A stretch of DNA of 64,000 nucleotides from Centroscyllium fabricii (Eukaryota): positions 222,766,001 through 222,830,000 of the forward strand of contig JBNRSN020000003.1 in NCBI GenBank assembly GCA_051313645.2, in the 5' to 3' direction. The notes below the pieces were generated by a model, which was given only the letters and a program-made list of their open reading frames with translations, was not told the origin of the DNA and made no database searches. The position numbers and the translations under genes are program-made. Of this stretch, positions 38,009 through 50,335 are shown piece by piece. How positions within the stretch are numbered: position 1 is the stretch's first letter; each line of letters begins with the position of its first letter.

Positions 38009-38064
38009 TTTAATTTTTAAAGCTAATAAAATTGACGTATCGTCAATAATATAAAGATGAGTAG

Positions 38065-41000
38065 TGTTGGGTTTTGGTGGCGGGCGAAAGAATACCTGAG
38101 GCAGTTAACATTAACACAACAGCTTTATTGACTTCAACTACAGAGTGGTTGCTTTCGCGCTCTTTTCCAGCTAAATATAGCGCTGGCTACGTCATTGCGT
38201 AACAAGGCAATGACGTAAGCACGTCCGCGCGTGTGCGCATGCGCGGAGCGTTTTTGCGTCGGCACTGGCCTCGCGAGAGTAGCGCGCCTCGGGCCAGTGC
38301 CTTCAGGGTCCAAGAGTCCGGTCGATTCGACCACAAGTCCGTGGCAAGCCGCCACATAGCTCCCCCCAGAATCCGACTAGGAGGAATGGACGAGACGTTG
38401 CGGCGGTCTGATAAGTCGGCCGGATCGGCTCCTGCTTGGAGACAGCTGGCGAGCTGTGGTCGGGCGAGCTGGTTGGCCGGCGGGTCGACCACGTGGCGGT
38501 GGGTGGGCAACTAGTGTGGCCTCGCCGGGCTCAGTGTGCGCCGGCTTGAGCCTGTCAATTGACACAGTTTCAGTCCTGCTGCCCACCTGCAATTTGAAAA
38601 ATTTGTCCCCCGCTTGAAGCACCTTGTAAGGCCCGTCGTATGGCAGCTGCAGAGGCCCGCGGTGTGCGTCGTGGCGGACAAAGACGAACTGCGCCTGATG
38701 TAGTCTAGGCGGAATCTGCGCAGTCGTTTCACCATGCCTGGTCACGGGTACCGGTGTAAACTGTTGCGCCGACGTGGTGAAGTCGAGGCGCTGCTGGTTG
38801 GCTGACCAGGGTGTCGTAGCGGCGGCCAGGAATTCGCCGGGTACACGCAGTGGTTGTCCGAAGACCAACTCCGCTGCCGATGCATGAAGGTCCTCTTTGA
38901 CCGCAGATCGGAGACCAAGTAAAACCCATGGGAGGCAGTCAGTCCAGGCGTTGTCTGTGAGGCTGGCCCGTAGGGAAGCTTTCATTGATCTGTGGAATCG
39001 TTCACACATACCGTTGGCTTGCGGGTGGTACGCCGTTGTGTGGTGCAAGTTCACCCCCAGGCTCTTCGCGACGGCAGACCATAATGCTGAGGTGAACTGT
39101 GACCCTCTGTCGGATGTGATGTCAGAAGGCACGCCAAACCGGGCGACCCATGTGGCGATGAAGGCTCTGGCGATGTCCGCAGTGGTGGTGGAAGTCAGCG
39201 GAATAGCTTCGGGCCATCGAGTGGTGCGGTCCACGATAGTGAGCAAGTGGGTGTTGCCTTGTGACGGTGGCAGGGGTCCCACGATATCCACATGGATGTG
39301 ATCAAACCGTCGTGCGGGAACTTCGATCTGACCGAGGGGAGCTTTCGTGTGCTGATGCACCTTTGCCCGTTGGCAAGCTACGCAGGAGTTGGCCCAAGTA
39401 CGCACATCCTTACTAAGGCCGCGCCAGATAAAGCGACTGGTTACCAATTTTATTGATGCGCGGGCGCCGGGGTGGGAGAGGTTGTGGAGCGTCTCGAATA
39501 TGTGCTTGCGCCACGATGCTGGGACGACTGGCCGGGGTTGCGGCAGGGTTGAAGATGAGGCCGTGTTCGCTGAGGCGCGTGAACAGGGCCCTGAGGTGCT
39601 CGAGGTGTTCCCGTTTGGAGGAACTGGCTACTAGGATGTCGTCAAGATAGACAAACAGGAACTTCAGATCCCGTAGGACCGAGTCCATTAGCCGTTGGAA
39701 TGCCTGCGCGGCGTTTTTAAGGCCGAAAGGCATTCGCAAGAACTCGAACAGCCCAAAAGGGGTGATGACCGCGGTCTTGGGGATGTCATCGGCGTGGACG
39801 GGGACTTGGTGGTAGCCGCGCACCAGGTCGACTTTGGAGAAGACTGAGCACCTGGCCAGTCTAGCCGAAAAGTCCTGGATGTGCGGCACTGGGTACCGAT
39901 CGGGCGTGGTAGCGTCGTTGAGGCGACGGTAATCCCCGCAGGGGCGCCAGCCCCCGTCGGGTTTAGGGGCAATGTGGAGCGGTGAGGCCCACGGGCTGTT
40001 GGAGCGGCGGATGATACCCAGCTGCTCCATAGTGGCGAACTCGTTCCGCGCGACCTCTAACTTGGCCGGGTCTAACCTGCGGGCGTGGGCGTGCACCGGT
40101 GGGCCGGTGGTGGGAATGTAATGCTCTACCCCATGTTTGGCTACCCTAGCGGTGAAGGTCGGGTTGGTGAGGGCCGGGAATGCGGCCAGGAGCGTCGAGT
40201 AGGCGTCCGTGGGACGGGCGTGGCACTGTATGGTCAAGCTGGCGGGCTGGGCTGGGGTCGTGTCGCCCGGAATGGTTGTCATGGAGTTGATGTCCACGAG
40301 GCGGCGCCGGGGCATGTCGACCAACAGGCCGTGAGCGCAAAGGAAGTCTGCGCCGATGATTGGCGAGAGTATCTTTGCGGTGAGAAATTCCCACGTATAA
40401 CAGCGCCCTGCGAGCTGGAGCTGTACCGTGCGGTTGCCGTACGTCGGGATGTCGGAACCGTTGGCCGCGGCGAGCGCCGGGCCCCGCGTGCCTGCTTTAA
40501 TTTCGAGGGCGGAGGCGGGCACAATGCTATACTGGGCCCCGGTGTCGCAGAGAAAACGGCATCCGGTTTTGTCATCCGTGACATATAGGAGGCAACCGGC
40601 CTGTCCGACAGACATGGTAGGGGCTGGTGATAGGGCAGGCCTAAAGGTGCAAGGTTGTGCGCACCGTTGTGCCCTGGTGCCGAACCGGGTGTGGTAGTAG
40701 CAGTACCCTGGCTTAGGCGGGTCTGGGGGACGTGGCGGTCGTGTGGGCCTGGGTGCCGGTCCTTGCGACCGCGTGGTGGGAGCGGCTGGATGCGCCGTGG
40801 CGGCGGCCGCCAAATCCGCGGTGTCGTGGCCCCGTTGCCCGTCCATCAGCCTGTCGGCCAGGCTGGCTAGGTCTGCTAGGCTCCGGATTTCGGACGCGAC
40901 GATGGTGGGGCGTATGCTGGAAGGGAGTTGGTGAATGAAAAGCGTGCGGAAGAGGGAACCCGGGGGACTCTCGTCCGTGAGCGAGAGCATGTGGGAGAGG

Positions 41001-41649
41001 AGGCGCGAAGGTGAAGCGTCACCGAGGCCTTGCAGGGCCAGGAGCTGACTGCAGCGCTGGTACTGGGAATCGGTGAACCTTTTAAGTAGCGCGGCCTTAA
41101 GATGTACATACTTGCCCTGTTGAGGTGGGTTCTGCAGCTCTGCCCAGACTTCCGTCACCGTGGAGCTCCCCAGCGAAGTTACCAGGTAGTCGTATCGCAC
41201 TTCCTCTTTGTTGACCCGGTGCAGCCTGAACCGGGATTCAGCTTGAGCAAACCAGGCTTCGGGCTGGTTTGTCCAGAACTCAGGCAGCCGGACCGCGGCT
41301 ATGCTTGCGTCCGCCATCGTTGGGTTCGAAATCCGTTTCGAACGTCGAGGTCACCAATGTTGGGTTTTGGTGGCGGGCGAAAGAATACCTGAGGCAGTTA
41401 ACATTAACACAACAGCTTTATTGACTTCAACTACAGAGTGGTTGCTTTCGCGCTCTTTTCCAGCTAAATATAGCGCTGGCTACGTCATTGCGTAACAAGG
41501 CAATGACGTAAGCACGTCCGCGCGTGTGCGCATGCGCGGAGCGTTTTTGCGTCGGCACTGGCCTCGCGAGAGTAGCGCGCCTCGGGCCAGTGCCTTCAGG
41601 GTCCAAGAGTCCGGTCGATTCGACCACAAGTCCGTGGCAAGCCGCCACA
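38065..41649 (-). mobile_element. CsRn1-clade Gypsy element with internal deletion, nested in the 5' LTR of host B
   Basis: 292-bp LTRs 38065-38356 and 41358-41649, identical by eye; TSD GTAG; PBS TGGTGACCTCGACGT (tRNA-Trp); PPT-like TCTGGGGGGAGCT. Confidence 0.93.
38377..41317 (-). pseudogene. gag-pol: gag-pol lacking the RT end and RNase H
   Basis: ORF 39413-41317 (CHCC Gag, CDTGA, YLDD) joins the integrase region out of frame near 39545; integrase ORF 38377-39447. Confidence 0.9.
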
Positions 41650-42061
41650 GTAGTTACCTTAACTATAGGCTTTTATTAGCTTTACAAAGGAGCTACGCTC
41701 CGGTCGAATATCAGGTACAGAATGAATGGGGGCAGGTCAGACCCCACCTATAAGGCACTCACCTGAGGGGAGGAGTTAGAGGTGTGGCTGACCTGACCCC
41801 GCGACAGTGTCGCAATACAAAAACTGTGTACAGTGCACCCAGCCGCTATACATGCTGGTTTATATTGTGCTTCACTTTTGCAGTGGTAACAAACACTATG
41901 TAACGGTTACCACACTGATAATAGGTTTTTATTCCAGATTTATTTAATTGACTAAATTTAAATTCCCCAGCTGCCATGGTGGGATTTGAATCTCTGGATC
42001 ATTAGTCCAGATCTCCGGATTACTAGTCCAGTAACATAACCACAATGCTACTGTACCCCCT

Positions 42062-42705
42062 TATTACCATTAGTGAATCCCTCGCTATCAACATCCTATG
42101 GGTCATGATTGATATGAACCTCAACTGGTCCAGCCACATAAATACTGTGGCTACAAGAGCAGTTCAGAGGCTGGGAATTCTATGAAAAGTGACTCAGCTC
42201 CTGACTCCCCAAAGCCTCTCCACCATCTACAAGGTACAAGTCAGGAGTGCGATGGAATACTCTCCACTTGTGTGCATGCGTGCAGTTGCAACAACACTCA
42301 AGAAGCTCGACACTATCCAACAGCTTAAACATCTGCTCCCTCCATCACCGGTGCATCGTGGCTGCAGTGTCTACCATCTACAAGATGCACTGCAGCAACT
42401 CGCCATGGCTTCTTTGACAGCAACTCCCAAACTCCACGACCTCTATCACCTGGAAGGACAAAGACAGCAGGCACATGGGAACTCAAACTTCCCCTCCAAG
42501 TCACACACCATCTTAACTAGAAAATATATTGCTGTTACTTTATTGTTGCTGGATTAAAATCCTGGAACTCCCTACCGAAGAGCAGTGTGGATGTAACTTC
42601 ACCACATGGAATGCAGCAGCTCAAGAAGAAGGCCCACCACCACTTTCTCAAAGGCAACTAGGCAATGAAATGCCAGTGCGCTCATATCGTGAGAGTGAAT
42701 ATAAG
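42062..42705 (+). mobile_element. CR1-group LINE (second family) 3' fragment
   Basis: LTPQSLSTIYKVQVRSAMEYSPL peptide. Confidence 0.8.
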
Positions 42706-42709
42706 AAAG

Positions 42710-45700
42710 GAAAATGGTTGTGCACAATGCTTGATATGATACCTCCCAGCAGGTGCAGCAGCTCCCAACTTAGATTTTTGTCACTTCCCTGATTCATGCC
42801 CAAAACAGGTGGAAGTGACAATAAATCAGAAGAGCATGTCAGGAGCAGCACCACACATAACTAAAAATGAAGTGCCAACACAAGACTACATTCATTCCAA
42901 AAAACGGAAGCAGCATGCTACAGAGAGGGCTAAGTGATCCCACAATCAATGGATCAGATCAAAACTCTGCAGTCCCACCACATCCAATCATGAATGGTGG
43001 TGGACCATTAAACAACTAATAGGAGGAGGAGCCTCCATGAATATCCCCATCCTTAATGATGATGGAGCCCAGCATGTCATAGAATCATAGAATCATAGAA
43101 ATTTTACAGTGCGGATAAGGGCCATTCGGCCCATCCAGTCCGCACCGGCCCAGAAAAACTCCTCACTGTACTAACCCCAATTGCCCGCACCTGGCCCATA
43201 ACCCTGTATGTTATGGTCCTTCATGTGCTGGTCCAAGTATTTTTTAAATGTTGTGATGGTTCCTGCCTCCACCACCCTCACAGGCAGGGAGTTCCAGACT
43301 TCCACCACCCTCTGGGTAAAGAAATTTCTCCTTACCTCCCCCCTAAACCTCCCCCCCCTGATCTTGAATCTATGTCCCCTAGTACTTGACTCTCCCACCA
43401 GGGGAAACAATGCCCCTTTGTCTACCCTATCGTGTCCCCTCATGATCTTGTACACCTCAATCATGTCACCCCTCCACCTTCTTTTCTCCAAGGCAAACAA
43501 CCCCAGCCTGTCCAGCCTTTCTTCGTAGCATAAGCCCCCCAGACCAGGTATCATCCTGGTAAACCTTCTCTGCACCCTTTCCAGGGCAACCACATCCTTC
43601 CTGAAGTGCGGTGACCAGAACTGCACACAGTACTCCAGCTGAGGTCTCACCAGCGTGTTATACAAGTTTAACATTACCTCCCTACTTTTGTATACTATGC
43701 CCTGGTTAATAAAGGCGAGAATTCCGTATGCCTTCTTAACCACCTTGTTAATGTGTCCAGCAACCTTCAGGGAGCTGTGCACCTGTACCCCCAGGTCCCT
43801 CTGTTCCTCGGTCCTATTTAACGTTTTGTTGTTCATGGTATATTCCCTTACCCCATTTGGTCTACCGAATTGAATGACCTCGCATTTCTCTGGGTTGAAC
43901 TCCATTTGCCATTTTTCTGCCCAATTAACCATTATATCTATATCCTCCTGAAGCCCCTTACTATCCTCATCGTTGTTTACCACCCTTCCGATTTTCGTAT
44001 CATCAGCGAATTTGCTGATCATACCCCCTACTCCCATATCCAAATCGTTGATGTATACTAGAAACAGTAAGGGTCCCAAAACCGATCCTTGGGGGACGCC
44101 ACTGGTTACTGGTTTCCAGTCACAGAAGCAGCCCTCTACCATTACCCTTTGTCTCCTTTCCCCCAGCCAATTTTCGATCCACTGTGCCAAGTTGCCCTGT
44201 ATCCCGTGCGCTCTAACCTTTGTTATTAGTCTCCTATGTGGGACTTTATCAAAAGCTTTGCTAAAGTCCATATACACTACGTCCACAGTACTCCCTTCAT
44301 CCACCCTCTTTGTTACCTCCTCAAAGAATTCCAACAGATTGGTCAGGCACGACTTACCTTTGACGAAGCCATGCTGACTGTCTCTTATTAGACCTTGTTT
44401 GTCCAAATGCGAACTGATTTTGTCCCTCAGAATTTTTTCCATTACTTTCCCTACTACAGATGTAAGAGTGCAAAAGACAAGGCTGAAGCATTTGCAACTA
44501 TCTTCAGCCAGAAGTGCCGCGTGAATGATCCATATTGGCCTCCTCCTGAGGTCCCCACCACCACAGAAGCCAGTGTGAGTAACTGCCCTTGACATCAAGG
44601 TAGCATTTGACCGAGTGTGGCGTCAAGGAGCCCCAGTAAAATTGAAGTCAATGGAAATCAGGAGGGAAACTCTCCACTGGCTGGAGTCATACCTAGCACA
44701 AAGGAAAATGGTTGTAGTGGTTGGAGGTCAATCATCGCAGCCCCAGGACATCACTGCAGGAGTTCCATAGGGCAGTGTCCTCAGCCCAACCATCTTCAAC
44801 TGCTTCATCAATGACCTTCCTACCAACATAAGGTCAGAAATGGGAACGCTTACTGATGATTGCACAGTGGTCAGTTCCATTCGCAACTCCTCAGCTAATG
44901 AAGCAGTCCATGCTCTCATACAGCAAGACATGGCTGTCATTCAGGCTTGGGCTATTAAGTGGCAACTAACATTTACACCACACAAGTGCCAGGCAATGAC
45001 TATCTCCAACAAGGAACAGTCTAACCACCACCCCTTGATATTCAATGGCATTACCATCACCAAATGCCCCACCATCAACATCCTGGGGGGAGTCACCACT
45101 GACCAGAAACTGAACTGGACCAGCCATATAAATACTGTGGTTACAAGAGCAGGTCAGAGGCTGGATATTTTGCAGCGAGTGTCTCACCTCCTGACTCCCC
45201 AAAACCTTTCCATCATCTACAAGGAGTGTGATGGAATACTCTCCACTTGCCTGGATGAGTGCAGCTCCAAAAACACTCAAGAAGCTTGACATCATCCAGG
45301 ACAAAGCAGCCCGCTTGATTGGCGCCCCATCCACCACCTTAAACATTCATTCCCTTCACCACTGGCGTACCGTGGCTGCAGTGTGTACCATCTACACGAT
45401 GTACTGCAGCAGTTCATCAAGGCTTCTTCGGCAGCACCTCCCAAACCCGGGACCTCTACCACCTAGAAGGACAGGGGCAGCAGGCGCATGGGAACACCAT
45501 CACCTCCACGTTCCCCTCCAAGCTACACACCATCCTGACTTAGAAGTATATCGCCGTTCCTTCATCATTGCGGGGTTAATATCTTGGATCTCCCTCCCTA
45601 ACAGCACTGTGGGAGTACCTTCACCACATGGACTTCGGCGGACTTCACCACCACCTTTGCAAGGGCAATTAGGGATGGGCAATAAATGCTGGCCATGCCA

Positions 45701-45730
45701 GCAACGCCCACAACCCAGGAACGAATAATT
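42710..45730 (+). mobile_element. CR1-group LINE (second family), fragmented and interrupted by CR1 43076-44460
   Basis: RT peptides in ORFs 44840-45289 and 45228-45728; GGGCAATTAGGGATGGGCAATAAATG 3' end. Confidence 0.8.
43076..44460 (-). mobile_element. Relatively young 5'-truncated CR1 with an uninterrupted RT reading frame
   Basis: ORF 43171-44598: QHGF, DFSKAFD, PQGSVLGP, KFADDT; (TTCTATGA)n tail. Confidence 0.93.
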
Positions 45731-45947
45731 TTTTTTATCACATCATCAAAAGGATGCTCACGCTCTTAATTACCAGTTTGAACTTTTTGTTCTGCAAGAT
45801 TAATGGGTATTAATGTGCAAATCCAGCAAGTTCTTGAAAATAATGGATTGGTTAAGGGCGAGATGCCATTTGTGCGAAGCAAACAGTGGAGGGGCGCAAA
45901 TCGACAAGTCAGTTCTGGAGATTCGCAACTCATGGCATATATCTTAT

Positions 45948-46420
45948 AGGGTGGCAGTGGCGAAGTATTTATGTCACTAGACTAGTAAGCCAGAGGCTCA
46001 GTCAAATGCTCTGAGGATATGGGTTCAAATCCCACCATGGCAGCTGGTGGAATTTAAATTCAATTCAAATTAATTCTGGAATTAAATGTTAGTCTTAGTA
46101 ATGGCGACCATGATTCGATTGTTGCAAAAACCTATCTGGTTCACTAATGTCCTTTCGGGAAAGAAATCTGGCATCCTTACCGGGTCTGGCCTACATGTGA
46201 CTCCAGACCCACAGCAATGTGGTCGACTTGAAATGGTCTAGCAAGCCACTCAATTGTAAACAACCGCTACGCAACATTGTAGGTGTACCTACACCATATG
46301 GACTGCAGCGGTTCAAGAAGGCGGCTCACCACCATCTTCTCAAGAGCAATTAGGGATGGGCACTAAATGCAGGCCTAGCCAGCCAGAGACGCCCACATCC
46401 CATCAACGAATAAAAAAAAT
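45948..46420 (+). mobile_element. SacSINE1-like Deu-SINE with CR1-group tail
   Basis: tRNA-like head with GGTTCAAATCC, Deu core, 3' end shared with the second LINE family. Confidence 0.8.
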
Positions 46421-47261
46421 AAATCCCTGAATTTACTGGCCGATTTGTGATTAATAATGGCGTGCATCATTAATCTAGCGTTCATTTTCCAGCAAGATCT
46501 GTCCCAATATAGTCAAAATATTTACAGTGCATTCCAACAAAAAAGTACAAGTTGTAATGAGTAGGTTTGTAGCATTTTTAGCTGAAGAAAATCAAAGGAA
46601 ACTGCCTGGTCATATCATTTGATCTTTGCTTCCACAATCATTTCTTTACACAGTGTTCTAAATGGAAGATATGCCCCTTTTGGCCATGGTGTGTGATGAA
46701 TATGACTGAATCAGATCAGATAAGTCACAAAAGAGTTTTAGTCGAGGCACTTACTGCATCTTATGGCTAATAATGCCAGGTTTTCATTATAAATACTTGC
46801 AGTAGGTTTTTGAAAAGTATTTTTCTCGAATGTTTTGAGATCAAGAAAATGAATTGAAGTTGTGTTGCAATGTTACATTACTATTGTGAAGTTATATCTG
46901 TGAAAATATAATTTCTATTTTCAATGATATTTCTCCATATGTGTTATAAATCATCATTACTTTTCTCCATTGATTTCCTTATCCTTAATCAACTCGCCTG
47001 AGAAAACAACGTTATGTGTAGCCAGCAGGTTTGTAATACACTCAATACTATGTTATTTAAGGAAAAACACTTATGTTTATTATGACAGATGGAGCAGCCT
47101 GCATTTTGTAAGATTTGCACCCCTTATTAAAAACTATATCTCCTGTCATATTTATCTAGGGACCTAAATTCATGAAGATTTATCCATCAACATTTGATCA
47201 ACTTTTAGAAGCCCAAGTTTCTGCTCCTAAATTTGTAACAGACGGATCCAGTGGAGGCTCA

Positions 47262-47875
47262 GTGCCTGTTGCCATTATGCTTCTAGGTGGTAGAGGTCGC
47301 TGGTTTGAGAGGTGCTGTCGAAGAAGCTTTGGCGAGTTGCTGCAGTGCATCTTGTAGATGGTACACACTGCAGCCAAGGTGCGCCGTTGGTGGAGGGAGT
47401 GAATGTTTAAGGTGGTGGATGGGGTGCCAATCAAGCGGGCTGCTTTGTCCTGGATGGTGTCGAGCTTATTGAGTGTTGTTGGAGCTGCACTCATCCAGGC
47501 AAGTGGAGAGTGTTCCATCACACTCCTGACTTGTGCCTCGTGGGGCGGTAATTGGCCAGATTGGATTTGTCCTGTTTTTTGTGGACAGGACATACCTGAG
47601 CAGTTTTCCACATTTGTCGGCAGATGCCCATGCTGTAACTATACTGGAAAAGCTTGGCTAGAGGAGCGGCTAGTTCTGGAGCACATGTTCGCAGCACAAA
47701 AGTTGGGATATTGTCAGGGCCTATATCCTTTACTGTGTCCAGTGCACTCAGCCGTTTCTAGACATCACTTGGAGTGAATCGAATTGGCTGAAGATTGTCT
47801 TCTGTGACCTCAGGAGGCGGCATAGATGGATCAACTACTCGGCACTTCCGGCTGATGATGGTTGCAAACACTTCA
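47262..47875 (-). mobile_element. CR1-group LINE fragment with internal deletion
   Basis: AQVRSVMEHSPLAW peptide joined to upstream NPANY region. Confidence 0.75.
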
Positions 47876-47879
47876 GCTT

Positions 47880-49826
47880 TTTTTTTCTTTCTTATTCATT
47901 GATGGGATGTGGGCGTCGCTGGCTGGCTAGGCCTGCATTTAGTGCCCATCCCTAATGCCCTTGAGAAGATGGTGGTGAGCCACCTTCTTGAACCACTGCA
48001 GTCCATATGGTGTAAGTACACTCACAATGTTGTTAGGAAGGGAGTTCCAGGATTTTGGCCCAGCGACAGTGAAGGAGCGGCGATACAGGTCCAAGTCAGG
48101 ATGGCGTGTGGCTTGGAGGGGAACTTGTAGGTGGTGCTGTTCCCATGCGTCTGCTGCCCTTGTCCTTCTAAGTGGTAGAGGTCGCGGGTTTGGAAGGTGC
48201 TGTTGAAGGAGCTTTGGCGAGTTGCTGCTGTGCATCTTGTAGATGGTACACATTGCAGCCACAGTGCGCCGGTGGTGGAGGGAGTGAATGTTGAAGGTGG
48301 TGGATGGAGTGCCAATCAAGTGGCCTGCTTTATCCTGAATGGTGTCGAGCTTCTTGAGTGTTGTTGGAGCTGCACTCATCCAGGCAAGTGGAGAGTATTC
48401 CATCACACTCCTGACTTGTGCCTTGTAGATGGTGGAAAGGCTTTGGGGAGTCAGGAGGTGAGACACTCGCCGCAGAATTCCCAGCCTCTGGCCTGCTCTT
48501 GTAGCCACAGTATTTATATGGCTGGTCCAGTTCAGTTTCCGATCAATGGTAACCTCCAAGATGTTGATAGTGGGGGATTCAGCGATGATAATGTCATTTA
48601 ATGTCAAGGGGAGATGGTTAGAGTCTCGCTTGTTGGAGATGGTCATTGCCTGGCACTTGTGTGGTGCGAATGTTACTTGCCACTTGTCAGCCCAAGTCTG
48701 AATGTTGTCCAGGTCTTGCTGCATATGGACACGGACTGCGTCAGTATCTGATGAGTCTCGAATGGTGCTGAGCAGCGTGCAATCATCAGCGAACATCCCC
48801 ACTTCTGACCTTATGATGGAGGGAAGGTCATTGATGAAACAGCTGAAGATGGTTGGGCCTAGGACACTGCCCTGAGGAACTCCTGCAGTGATGTCCTGTG
48901 GTTGAGATGAATGACCTCCAACAACCACAGCCAACTTCCTTTGTGCTAGGTATGATTCCAACCAATGGAGAGTTTTCCCCTTGATTCCCATTGACTTCAG
49001 CTTTGCCAGGGCTCCTTGATGCCACACTCGATCAAATGCTGCCTTGATGTCAAGGGCAGTCACTTTCACCTCACCTCTTGAGTTCAGCTCTTTTGTCCAT
49101 GTTTGGACCAAGGCTGTGATGCTTTGTCATTTGCACTCGTGTGCTGGGCTCCACCATCATTGAGGATGGGGATGGTCATGGAGCCTCCTGCTCCCTTCAG
49201 TTGTTTAATGGTCCACCATCATTCATGACTGGATGTGGCAGGACTGCACAGCTTTGATCAGATCCGTTGATTGTGGGATCACTTAACTCGGTCTATAGCA
49301 TGCTGCTTCCATTGTTTAGCATGCATGTTATCCTGTGTTGCAACTTCCCCAGGCTGGCACCTCATTTTTAGTTATGCCAGGTGATGTTCCTGGCATGCTC
49401 TTCTACAATCCTTATGGAACCAGGGTTGGTCACCTGGCGTGATATTAATGGTAGAGTAAGGGATATGTCGCACCATGAGGTTACAGATTGTTGTGGAAAA
49501 CAATTCTGCTGCTGCTGTTGGCCCACAGCGCCTCATGGATGCCCAGTATTGAGCTGCTAGATCTGTTCTGAATCTACCCCACTTAGCACGGTGGTCGTGC
49601 CACCCAACACGATGGAGGGTGTCCTCTTGTGAAGATGGGACTTCATCTCCCCAAGGACTGTGCGACGGTCCCTGCTAACAATACTGTCATGGACAGATGC
49701 ATCTGTGACAGGTAGATTGGTGAGGACGAGACCAAATAGGATTTTACCCTCGTATTGGTTTTCTCATCACCTGCTGCAGGCCGAGTCTGGCAGTTATGTC
49801 CTTCAGGACTTGGCCAGCTTGGTCAG
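47880..49826 (-). mobile_element. CR1-group LINE (second family)
   Basis: ORF 47939-49111 (LDIKAAFD, PQGSVLGP, FADD), A-rich tail and upstream endonuclease-side sequence. Confidence 0.9.
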
Positions 49827-50335
49827 TGTGGTGAACCATTTAGTGTGGTTCACACTGTGTTATTATTGTATATAGTTTGTGCTAATAAATCTGTTCCTTT
49901 CTGTAAGGACCTGGACCAGCTGACCCCGCCTCCGGGTATGAGTATAAAGGAGGATGCTCCGCCCACCTGACTCTCATTCCGGGCGGACTCATCGCGGACC
50001 AGGTCTAGTTCTTAGCTAATAAAAGCCTTCAATTACTCTTCACCAAAGACTGGCGTAATTGATTTGCGCATCAATTTTATTCAGCTAAGGTTTTTACAAT
50101 GAGCCAGCACGAGGATGAGCAAGAACAGAGCCACCAGCCAGCTGCATCAGATAACTGGAAATCGATCCTTAAACCGAAGACTCTCGACCTCAACCCCCAG
50201 GCAAGAATGCTTCGAACGATTTTGAGCACTGGGTGAGCTGCTTCGAATCGTTTCTGGTGGTGGCCGGAGTCAGCGATGCACACAGGAGACGGGTCCTCAT
50301 CTCCTGCATCAGTGGCAGGGTATATTCGATCATCA
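49827..50335 (+). mobile_element. Gypsy element C: 5' LTR (49827-50073) and gag start, related to hosts A and B
   Basis: TGTGGT...CATCA, TATAAA, AATAAAAGCC; gag LKPKTLDLNPQ...NDFEHW. Confidence 0.82.

Larger units (their letters stand above)
37406..41914 (-). mobile_element. Gypsy host element B (same family as A), internally deleted
   Basis: 5' LTR 41914-41650 + 38064-38033; gag from 38008; only TGACGT of the 3' LTR remains at 37406; 5-bp TSD CTGAT (37401-37405, 41915-41919). Confidence 0.88.
37117..42060 (-). mobile_element. SacSINE1-like Deu-SINE (37117-37405 + 41915-42060) split by Gypsy host B
   Basis: TTCAAATCCCACCATGGCAGCTGG head and ATGTGACTCCAGACCCACAGCAATGTGG Deu-domain core. Confidence 0.75.
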
